From positions 363,395 through 387,394 of the forward strand of contig JBAZXH010000001.1 of the NCBI GenBank assembly GCA_041659945.1: a stretch of DNA of 24,000 bases, written 5' to 3'. Each line of letters begins with the position of its first letter. The stretch's first letter is position 1. A model generated the notes under the pieces. That model worked only from the letters and a program-made list of their open reading frames with translations. It did no database searches and was not told where the DNA came from. This document shows, in pieces, positions 7,734-13,900 of this stretch. Position numbers and translations under genes: made by a program. The stretch is from Candidatus Pacearchaeota archaeon. GTDB lineage: Archaea; Nanobdellota; Nanobdellia; Pacearchaeales; GW2011-AR1.

Positions 7734-8933
7734 ATGGGAATAAAGGACTTTTTTAAGAAGATATTTAGTGAAGATGTAGCGGAGAAAGTTGAGGAAAAAC
7801 CTGTTGAAAAGAGAAAAATCTCTAGTTTAAAGGATTTTGAAAGCTTTCTTGATGAGACAAGCCAGGATTTGGAGAAAGAGAATAAAGCAATTTTAAAGAC
7901 TGTCAGGGAAAAGGTTAAGATTTTTGTTTCAGAATCAAAAGAGGAAGTTAAACGACTTAGGGGTTTGGATTTGGAGAAAAGAAGAGAAGAGCAGAGATTA
8001 AAGAATATTGTTGTTGAAAATTTCAATGTTTATCTTGAACATCTTGAGAGGTTTTTGGATGAGCTAGATGATCTTGATTTAGAGATTTTAGATGATTACT
8101 TTGCAAAAATTGATGTAGTCTTCAGGAGGTTTGATTCTAATTCAGGAATGAATTTTGAGAAGGCCATAGTTTTATTTGGCCAAGACTTAAAAAACATCAA
8201 AAATAAAATAAGTACTTTTTTGTCTGATGCCAGTTTTATCAAAAAAGAGAATTCGGAGTTATTTGATAAAAATAAGGAGTTAAAAGAGTATGGAGAGTTA
8301 ATTCTGGAAGTTAAATCTTTGATTGATTCTACTTCTAAAACAAACGAAGAAATTCAATATTTAAATAATAGTTTAGAAAGTTTAAGAAAGGAGATCAAAG
8401 AACGTGAAGAGGAGATTATTAAAATTGAAGCGTGTGATGATTGTAAAAAAGAACTTAAAGAAAAGGAAGATTTTGAAAATGAAAGGGAAGATATGAAAAA
8501 GAGCGCTTCTGAGTTAAAGAAAAAAGTTGGTTTTAAAGAGTTATTAAAGAAATTTCACGGACATGAAAAGAGTTACGAGTTAATTAAGGAATATTCTGAT
8601 AAGTTTTTGGAGACTCTGGAAAAGGATGAAGACTTGGCTATTTTAGAAATATTAGGTGAGGAATATGGTTTTCTAAAAGAGGATTTTATTAATTTAAGAG
8701 AAAAACTAAGTAAAATTAACAAGGGTCTGGAACTGATAATTGAGAAAGAGATTGAAGAACTTAAAAAACAAATAAGCAGTCTTGAGGCTCAGATTAAAGA
8801 TAAGGAGAAAGAAATTGTAATTGAAACTAAAAAAATAGAAAAATTTGATTCAAGAAAAAAAGAGATTTTTTCTCAGATTAAAAAGAGCAAATTGTTTAAG
8901 AATTTAGAATTTGACTTTAATCTACTTCTTTAA
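7734..8933 (+). CDS. Lys/Glu-rich coiled-coil protein (399 aa)
   Basis: Uninterrupted ORF with heptad-like K/E/L-rich sequence throughout. No catalytic motif. Confidence 0.6.
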   Translation: MGIKDFFKKIFSEDVAEKVEEKPVEKRKISSLKDFESFLDETSQDLEKENKAILKTVREKVKIFVSESKEEVKRLRGLDLEKRREEQRLKNIVVENFNVYLEHLERFLDELDDLDLEILDDYFAKIDVVFRRFDSNSGMNFEKAIVLFGQDLKNIKNKISTFLSDASFIKKENSELFDKNKELKEYGELILEVKSLIDSTSKTNEEIQYLNNSLESLRKEIKEREEEIIKIEACDDCKKELKEKEDFENEREDMKKSASELKKKVGFKELLKKFHGHEKSYELIKEYSDKFLETLEKDEDLAILEILGEEYGFLKEDFINLREKLSKINKGLELIIEKEIEELKKQISSLEAQIKDKEKEIVIETKKIEKFDSRKKEIFSQIKKSKLFKNLEFDFNLLL

Positions 8934-9968
8934 ATGAACATCCATTTGTTGGAATGGTATTGAAACACCATTTCTTATTAAGGCTTCATATATTAGAGTA
9001 TTTGCTAGATCTAGGAAATTGTCTGGGTCGTGAGTTGAGGTAAGAGTTATATAAAATCTAGCTTCAAAATCTAGAGAAGATTCATTCATTTTTAGGAATT
9101 TTACTGATGGAGGCGGACTTTTTAAACAACCTTTTATTGAATTTATTTCTCCAAGAACTATTTTTTTTACTCTTGCAATATCGCTTCCATAGGCTACATT
9201 AAATGGGATTTTTATTCTTATTTTTGGTTCGGGTAATGATTCATTAACAATTTTTGAATCAGCCAGCTTATTATTAGGTATAATTATTGTTTCATCATCA
9301 GAGGTTCTTACCTTTGTGCTTCTTAATCCAATTTTTATTATTTGTGCTTCAATCTTATCATCCATATATATTATGTCACCTTCATTTATTGTTTTATCAA
9401 ATATTATGGAAATACCTGAAAAAATATTACTTAAAACTGGTTGAAGAGCTAGTGCTACAGCAATTCCAGCAATTCCTAATCCAGCTAATGTGGAAGTTAC
9501 ATTAAATCCCCAAAGATCAAGTATAAACACAATACCTAAAACTATAAGAGAGATTTGTAGTACTCCGTGAATTATGGAAATTAGATTATCATCTATTTTT
9601 GTATTTGTTTTCTGAGCTAACTTTCTCCACCAACTTAGTACAAATACATCTAGTATGAGAAATAATAGGTAACCGAGTACAATTACGAGAGCAGAATAAA
9701 CTAATTTACCTGCAACACTTTCTAGCTTTGGAACAACATTTACTAGTTGATCAATAGATAGTCTTGCTATTAGCAAAAAAAACATTATTAATATTGGTGG
9801 AACAAATCTTTTTGCCTGAGATTTGTTAAAATCTGTTTTTGTTCTTTTATTAATTAGTCTTACTACTCTTGCAAAGAATGATGCTACTAAAGCTAAAACT
9901 AAAAGTAATACTGCTCCGATAACTATTGCTCTAACATACGGATTAAGAATATAGTTTTCTAAAAACAT
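8922..9968 (-). CDS. mechanosensitive ion channel, MscS family
   Basis: N-terminal TM helices are followed by the MscS pore/beta-domain signature LAGLGIAGIAVALALQPVLSNIFSGISIIFDKTINEGDIIYMDD. The track start (GTG at 9974) lies inside the SD GAGGTG, so I place the start at the ATG at 9968. Confidence 0.85.
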   Translation of the reverse strand: MFLENYILNPYVRAIVIGAVLLLVLALVASFFARVVRLINKRTKTDFNKSQAKRFVPPILIMFFLLIARLSIDQLVNVVPKLESVAGKLVYSALVIVLGYLLFLILDVFVLSWWRKLAQKTNTKIDDNLISIIHGVLQISLIVLGIVFILDLWGFNVTSTLAGLGIAGIAVALALQPVLSNIFSGISIIFDKTINEGDIIYMDDKIEAQIIKIGLRSTKVRTSDDETIIIPNNKLADSKIVNESLPEPKIRIKIPFNVAYGSDIARVKKIVLGEINSIKGCLKSPPPSVKFLKMNESSLDFEARFYITLTSTHDPDNFLDLANTLIYEALIRNGVSIPFQQMDVHLKK

Positions 9969-10113
9969 TTTCACCTCTTAATTTAGAGTACTTTTGTATT
10001 TTTAAAGGTTTATCTTAAAATTTAGAGGGAAAAATATCACTGCATCATAAGAAGATTTAAAAAGATTGTATATCTAACAAAATTAGGTAAAGTTTTTTGG
10101 AGAAAAGAGGTAA

Positions 10114-10233
10114 ATGACTATAAAAGATCTTAATCAAGAGGAACTTCGCGAAGATCTCAAAGAAATTCAAGGGCCAGAAGAAGATGTGGATTTTGCAGTT
10201 GAACTTGAAGAGATGGACGAATTAGAGGAGTGA
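10114..10233 (+). CDS. possible small acidic protein (39 aa)
   Basis: Not in the ORF track. ATG preceded by AGAGG (10106-10110). It translates to MTIKDLNQEELREDLKEIQGPEEDVDFAVELEEMDELEE and lies in an otherwise empty ~450-bp intergenic region. Confidence 0.25.
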   Translation: MTIKDLNQEELREDLKEIQGPEEDVDFAVELEEMDELEE

Positions 10234-10422
10234 TTTTATTTTTTTATTCATCCTAAATTTTCTTTTTCTTATTTTTCTTTTTAACTCTCTAGGTAGTATT
10301 AGTCCCTTGTGAATGCCGGGCACTATATTTGACACTAGTTGGAATAGTGAGTATATCCACAAAAGCTTTAAATATATGTCAATATGTCCTAGCATATACT
10401 TCGAGAATTTGAGGGTTGTGAA

Positions 10423-11421
10423 ATGAAAAGGAAGATTATTAAGCAAGGGCATAATACACTAACAATAACCCTGCCTTCTGATTGGGTTAAAAAACTTAAT
10501 TTAAACGCTGGAGATGAGGTTGATCTTTTTGAAAATGCGAATTCTTTGGTTATAAGCGGAAAGCAACATAATGGACATAAATCTACAACAATTGATATTA
10601 CTGGATTAAGAGTACCTATGGTTTGGAGATTTTTTCAAGGGGCTTATAGAGAAGGTTATGATGAAATAAAGTTAATATATGATGCAAATAAGCAGGAGTG
10701 TGAAAATGCTTATGATTATTATGCTAATCAGTTTGCCTATACAAGAATGGGTGAAAGGCCAAGAAAGGTTGCTACTCTTGATATGGTTAGTGGTCTTGTT
10801 AGTAGATTTATTGGAATAGCTATTATTGATCATGGCCCAAATTACTGTATTATAAGAGAAATGGGAGAACTGTCAACAAAAGAATTTGATAACTCTTTGA
10901 GAAGAATCTTTTTGTTAATCTTAGAATTATTTGACGAGATTATTTCTATGATTAAGGATAATAAAATTAGTGATATTGGTGTTTGTAAAAGAATTCATAC
11001 TATGGATGTAAATGTTGATAGGTTTGTTGATTACTGTTGTAGAATAAACAATAAGATTAATGACTCAACATTTCAAAAGAATAAACAGCTTATGTTTTCT
11101 ACACTTTTCTTATTGGAGATTTTAAGTGATGAGTTTAAGTATATTGGTAGACATCTTGCAAACTCAAAGAAAAAGGTTGATGAGATTTTAGAGTTTGCAG
11201 AGTTAGTTAAAGAGCATTTTGAGATGTACTATGAGTTATTTTATAAATTTGATAAAGATAGAGCGATTAAATTTGGAGAACATGATTATGAGATTTATAA
11301 TGATCATTTTGAATTAAAAGAATCAGTTAACAAGGATGTTAATAGTATTCGAAGACATTTAATGCAGGTAAGTAAGTTTACTTTTTGTCTAATGGAATTA
11401 AGAGTTGAAATGGAGTACTAG
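10423..11421 (+). CDS. AbrB/SpoVT-domain regulator with PhoU-like helical C-terminal region
   Basis: The N-terminus KIIKQGHNTLTITLPSDWVKKLNLNAGDEVDLFENANSLVISGK is a SpoVT/AbrB swapped-hairpin motif. The long helical remainder resembles archaeal PhoU-type phosphate-uptake regulators. Confidence 0.65.
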   Translation: MKRKIIKQGHNTLTITLPSDWVKKLNLNAGDEVDLFENANSLVISGKQHNGHKSTTIDITGLRVPMVWRFFQGAYREGYDEIKLIYDANKQECENAYDYYANQFAYTRMGERPRKVATLDMVSGLVSRFIGIAIIDHGPNYCIIREMGELSTKEFDNSLRRIFLLILELFDEIISMIKDNKISDIGVCKRIHTMDVNVDRFVDYCCRINNKINDSTFQKNKQLMFSTLFLLEILSDEFKYIGRHLANSKKKVDEILEFAELVKEHFEMYYELFYKFDKDRAIKFGEHDYEIYNDHFELKESVNKDVNSIRRHLMQVSKFTFCLMELRVEMEY

Positions 11422-11440
11422 AGATTCTTGTTTAATAATT

Positions 11441-11456
11441 AAATGCTCCCGCCGGG
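11441..11456. repeat. exact 16-nt copy of tRNA-Glu 3' end plus trailer (AAATGCTCCCGCCGGG)
   Basis: Identical to 11573-11588, which covers the acceptor 3' strand and the first trailer bases of the tRNA-Glu gene. Confidence 0.9.
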
Positions 11457-11528
11457 GGCTAAAAATTGCTTCACAATTTTGGCAACTTTAATTCTAAAAC
11501 TAATGAATCAAAGTATTCTAACCCTCCG
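11453..11528 (-). other. tRNA-Glu-linked structured non-coding element (copy A)
   Basis: On the minus strand, CGGAGGGTTA can pair with TAGCCCCCG (one bulged A). This encloses hairpins CTTTGATTC-N10-GAATTAAAG and AAAATTG-TGAAG-CAATTTT. It contains the conserved 29-nt module at 11458-11486. Folded by hand. Confidence 0.4.
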
Positions 11529-11575
11529 GGTTCGAGAATTCCAAAGGAATTCATATTATCTTTGATATTATAAAA

Positions 11576-11802
11576 TGCTCCCGCCGGGATTCGAACCCGG
11601 GTCTAAGCCGTTCTCCGTATTCTCAAAAACCTAAAAAAGAATTTTTTCAGGTGACAAAATTTCTTTTGCATATGAGAATTTATCTATTTTTTCAAATAAA
11701 TTTCTCAGAGGGCAGTCGATTTGAGAACCGAGTGCCGGACTTTCAACAAGTCTGTGGCTCTGCTCGAGAGGGCCTAATGCTTGACCACTACACTACAGGA
11801 GC
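11576..11802 (-). tRNA. tRNA-Glu (anticodon CUC) with 154-nt intron at 37/38
   Basis: Exons 11802-11765 and 11610-11576 give a 73-nt cloverleaf. Acceptor is GCTCCTG/CGGGAGC, D arm GTGT-AGTGGTCAA-GCAT, anticodon arm AGGCC-CTCTCGC-GGCTT. The variable loop is 4 nt (AGAC) and the T arm is CCGGG-TTCGAAT-CCCGG. CTCT(32-35) pairs with GGAG ahead of a 3-nt AAC bulge (BHB core). Confidence 0.75.
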
Positions 11803-11822
11803 GTACCTATGGTTAGATCTTT

Positions 11823-11831
11823 GTGTATAAA
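11823..11831 (-). promoter_or_regulatory. TATA-like box for tRNA-Glu (minus strand TTTATACAC)
   Basis: It lies 21-29 nt upstream of the tRNA 5' end. The same 9-mer occurs upstream of tRNA-Gln (12429-12437) but closer to that gene. Confidence 0.35.
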
Positions 11832-11850
11832 AAACTTTTCTATAGAAGAT

Positions 11851-12102
11851 TTATTCAGCTAAATAGACAAGGTCATTTGGTCTTACTTTTTCTGCCACTT
11901 TTATTCCCACTTCATCTCCAGCAGTTGCTTCTGGTACTTCTTCACGGTCGATTTGCATGCTTTCCACTTCTTGTGTGAAGTTAGTTGTTGCACCCTTTAT
12001 TGTTATCATATCACCTACTCTGAGGGTATCATTTAATTTTACTGCAGCAACTTCAACTTTGGAGAAATAAGACATGACTTTGCCAACTTCTTTTTCTGCC
12101 AT
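11851..12102 (-). CDS. stand-alone EF-Tu domain 2-like (translation-factor beta-barrel) protein, 83 aa
   Basis: MAEKEVGKVMSYFSKVEVAAVKLNDTLRVGDMITIKG...SMQIDREEVPEATAGDEVGIKVAEKVRPNDLVY fits the GTP_EFTU_D2 pattern (G-D-x-I, S-I/M-Q, A-x-A-G-D). The track ORF extends to 12258 through the structured element, so I start at Met53, preceded by AGGA. Confidence 0.65.
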   Translation of the reverse strand: MAEKEVGKVMSYFSKVEVAAVKLNDTLRVGDMITIKGATTNFTQEVESMQIDREEVPEATAGDEVGIKVAEKVRPNDLVYLAE

Positions 12103-12159
12103 TATAATCCTATGTAACAGATATTTATTAATCTTTTGTATGAAAAGGATAGCCTTGCT

Positions 12160-12246
12160 CGGTGCTAAAAATTCATCCTGAATTTTGGCAACCATTCGTT
12201 CTGACGAACTCAGGTATTTGAACCTTTCAAATCCTGAATAGCCCCG
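12160..12246 (-). other. tRNA-Gln-linked structured non-coding element (copy B), 87-nt cloverleaf-like fold
   Basis: On the minus strand, CGGGGCTA pairs with TAGCACCG (one G-A mismatch). This encloses CAGGATTTGAA-AGG-TTCAAATACCTG, TTCGT-CAGA-ACGAA and AAAATTC-AGGAT-GAATTTT. It contains the conserved module at 12164-12192. Folded by hand. Confidence 0.4.
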
Positions 12247-12251
12247 CCAGG
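12237..12251. repeat. exact 15-nt copy of tRNA-Gln 3' end plus trailer (AATAGCCCCGCCAGG)
   Basis: Identical to 12324-12338 in the tRNA-Gln gene. Confidence 0.9.
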
Positions 12252-12325
12252 TACTCAAGAATAAACTTCTTGGTAAGTTATCTTCTTATGAAGCTAACTA
12301 TTTGAAAAATCCTGGCAAATATAAA

Positions 12326-12416
12326 TAGCCCCGCCAGGATTTGAACCTGGGTCCCAGCCTTTCTCCTAAATTAATTGACCAGAGGGCTAGATCCTTGACC
12401 GCTAGACTACAGGGCT
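12326..12416 (-). tRNA. tRNA-Gln (anticodon CUG) with 18-nt intron at 37/38
   Basis: A1-U72 acceptor AGCCCTG/CGGGGCT, typical of archaeal tRNA-Gln. D arm GTCT-AGCGGTCAA-GGAT, anticodon arm TAGCC-CTCTGGA-GGCTG, T arm CCAGG-TTCAAAT-CCTGG. The intron TCAATTAATTTAGGAGAA is at plus 12361-12378, with a CTCT/GGAG helix and AAA bulge. Confidence 0.8.
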
Positions 12417-12489
12417 ATGGAAATTAAAGTGTATAAACATTTTTAAAGTTGCTTATATTACAATTTTATAGGGTGAATAAAAGAGGATA

Positions 12490-12930
12490 ATGTCATTTTT
12501 ATTAATAATTTTGCTGGTAGCGATTTTTATAATTGGAGCTTTTGTGTTTCTTAGGTTTAAACATATGAAGGGTAGAGCGTTTTTGTTTATTGGAATATTT
12601 ATTATTATAATTTTAATTGTAGGATATTTTGCAGTTATTTATGGAAGAAATCTTGATTTTACAAAGCCTTCTGATCTCGGTACAATAGTCAAACTTTATT
12701 TTGGATGGTTTGCAACTTTATTTCATAACATGAAAGTTATTACTGGGAATGCAATACATATGGACTGGAGGTCGGTGGATGTAAATGCAACAGACAAAGT
12801 TGTTGGTGGTGTGGAGAATAAAATTTCTAATTTAGGTCCTACAGATTCACAAACTACTCAAACTACTAGTTCTGGCAAAACTTTTAGTTCTTCATCGAGT
12901 AAAGTTGAAGTTAAACCGATGAAGGGTTAG
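12490..12930 (+). CDS. small membrane protein with Ser/Thr-rich tail (146 aa)
   Basis: Two N-terminal hydrophobic helices and AGAGG SD. It shares the LY..W...L..N....TG....MDW motif with the next gene. Confidence 0.6.
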   Translation: MSFLLIILLVAIFIIGAFVFLRFKHMKGRAFLFIGIFIIIILIVGYFAVIYGRNLDFTKPSDLGTIVKLYFGWFATLFHNMKVITGNAIHMDWRSVDVNATDKVVGGVENKISNLGPTDSQTTQTTSSGKTFSSSSSKVEVKPMKG

Positions 12931-12938
12931 TTTACACC

Positions 12939-13139
12939 ATGAAAATCTTAATTTTCGTTTTAATTTTTTTGCTTGTTAGTGCTTTTTTGATTATTTCTAA
13001 CAATGAGCTTGCTCTGAGAAACTCTGAAAACTTGAGTAAGTTTACTTCACTTTATGGTATTTGGTTGAAAGACCTTGGAGATAATTCTGTTAAGTTTACG
13101 GGATATGTTGCAAAAATGGACTGGTTACCAAAAGAATAA
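12939..13139 (+). CDS. small membrane protein (66 aa), paralog of upstream gene core
   Basis: N-terminal TM helix MKILIFVLIFLLVSAFLIIS. SLYGIWLKDLGDNSVKFTGYVAKMDW aligns with KLYFGWFATLFHNMKVITGNAIHMDW of 12490-12930. Confidence 0.5.
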   Translation: MKILIFVLIFLLVSAFLIISNNELALRNSENLSKFTSLYGIWLKDLGDNSVKFTGYVAKMDWLPKE

Positions 13140-13172
13140 ACTTTTATAAACATTAATTCTAAGTATTTCTGT

Positions 13173-13245
13173 GCCTCGATGGCTCAGTTGGTAGAGCGTT
13201 ACATTGGTAATGTAAAGGTCCCGAGTTCAATCCTCGGTCGAGGCT
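13173..13245 (+). tRNA. tRNA-Thr (anticodon GGU), no intron
   Basis: GCCTCGA-TG-GCTC-AGTTGGTA-GAGC-G-TTACA-TTGGTAA-TGTAA-AGGTC-CCGAG-TTCAATC-CTCGG-TCGAGGC-T. All stems are Watson-Crick. CCA is not encoded. Confidence 0.9.
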
Positions 13246-13309
13246 TGAAGAGAAAAGTTTATAAACTATAGGACTTATAATAATTATAATATATATAAGA
13301 GTTATAAAA

Positions 13310-13516
13310 ATGGAAACAACAACAATTGCAGTAAACAGAGAAATAGTAGAGGAAATCAAGAAATTTGGAAACAAGGGAGAGACTTACTCTGAAATTATTG
13401 CTCGGTTAATTAAAAGTGCTAAGCAAAGACAGCTTCATGATCTTTTAATGAATGAGGAAGGATACATTCCAGTAAAAGATGCTTTAGAGAGGGCTAAAGC
13501 TAAATGGCAAAAGTAA
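13310..13516 (+). CDS. putative antitoxin (68 aa)
   Basis: TTIAVNREIVEEIKKFGNKGETYSEIIARLI resembles the N-terminal domain of the antitoxin at 6600-6869. It overlaps the downstream toxin gene by 13 nt. Confidence 0.65.
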   Translation: METTTIAVNREIVEEIKKFGNKGETYSEIIARLIKSAKQRQLHDLLMNEEGYIPVKDALERAKAKWQK

Positions 13517-13842
13517 TTATTTCTGAAGAATTAGAGGATGAAATTAATAAAAAATTTAAGAAAGAGTCTATAGAGATATTTGAATTATTATATTCTTTAG
13601 AAGAAAATCCTCATAAAGGTAGATTATTAGGAAATGTTGGAGGAATTGCAATTAAAGAGCTGAGGTATAAATCTTTTAGATTTTATTTTATTACCGATGG
13701 ATATCAGCTTAAAATAATGGATGGCCAAAAATTAACTGACTTGTTGATAAAATTTGTAAGAATGTCTGATAAAAAAACACAACAAATAGTTATTGATGAA
13801 ATTAAAAATATTTTAAGGCAGTTTGGTGAAGAAGGATTTTAA
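13504..13842 (+). CDS. RelE/ParE-like toxin (112 aa)
   Basis: LEENPHKGRLLGNVGGIAIKELRYKSFRFYFITDG matches the RelE/ParE-superfamily core pattern. It is translationally coupled to the upstream small gene. Confidence 0.65.
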   Translation: MAKVIISEELEDEINKKFKKESIEIFELLYSLEENPHKGRLLGNVGGIAIKELRYKSFRFYFITDGYQLKIMDGQKLTDLLIKFVRMSDKKTQQIVIDEIKNILRQFGEEGF

Positions 13843-13846
13843 GATA

Positions 13847-13857
13847 GGTCGAGGCTT
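13847..13857. repeat. 11-nt copy of tRNA-Thr 3' end (GGTCGAGGCTT)
   Basis: Identical to 13236-13246 (the last bases of the T stem, the acceptor 3' strand, the discriminator and one trailer base). It begins 5 nt after the toxin stop codon. Confidence 0.8.
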
Positions 13858-13900
13858 TGATTTTAAATAGATTTTTATAGTTTTATGATGTAAAATCAAA

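Noticed and set aside
7727-8026. 99-aa minus-strand ORF inside the coiled-coil gene
   Set aside because: It is the Ser/Phe/Leu-rich mirror of a Lys/Glu-rich gene and has no start context. The same reasoning applies to 1755-1949, 4546-4740, 4898-5101, 9287-9505, 14647-14934, 16699-16887, 17804-18082, 19467-19670, 19707-19916, 21712-21957 and 23480-23695.
10222-10452. 76-aa minus-strand ORF in the intergenic gap
   Set aside because: It has low-complexity sequence, overlaps the start of the AbrB/PhoU-like gene and the end of the small acidic ORF, and has no SD.
11500-11550. Plus-strand tRNA fragment (CCGGGTTCGAGAATTCC looks like a T arm)
   Set aside because: The T stem does not close (CCGGG vs ATTCC) and there is no acceptor, D or anticodon arm around it. 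It is probably a degenerate tRNA-derived fragment and part of element A.
11611-11764. Box C/D sRNA inside the tRNA-Glu intron, or an alternative reading as a type II tRNA (stem GGCCCT/AGAGCC with loop CTCGAGC, anticodon CGA)
   Set aside because: CTGA (D-like) boxes exist, but there is no RUGAUGA C box at suitable spacing. The alternative anticodon stem has a mismatch, and no matching T arm or acceptor follows. The Glu reading gives a complete cloverleaf.
12103-12258. N-terminal 52 codons of the track ORF 11851-12258
   Set aside because: This part (MSTWRGYSGFERFKYLSS...) reads through the structured tRNA-linked element and the duplicated tRNA-Gln end. The recognisable EF-Tu-domain-2 homology starts at Met53, which has its own AGGA. 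I treat the extension as fortuitous.
13159-13374. 71-aa minus-strand ORF
   Set aside because: It is antisense to tRNA-Thr and overlaps the antitoxin start. Its low-complexity Ile/Phe-rich sequence is typical of AT-rich noise.
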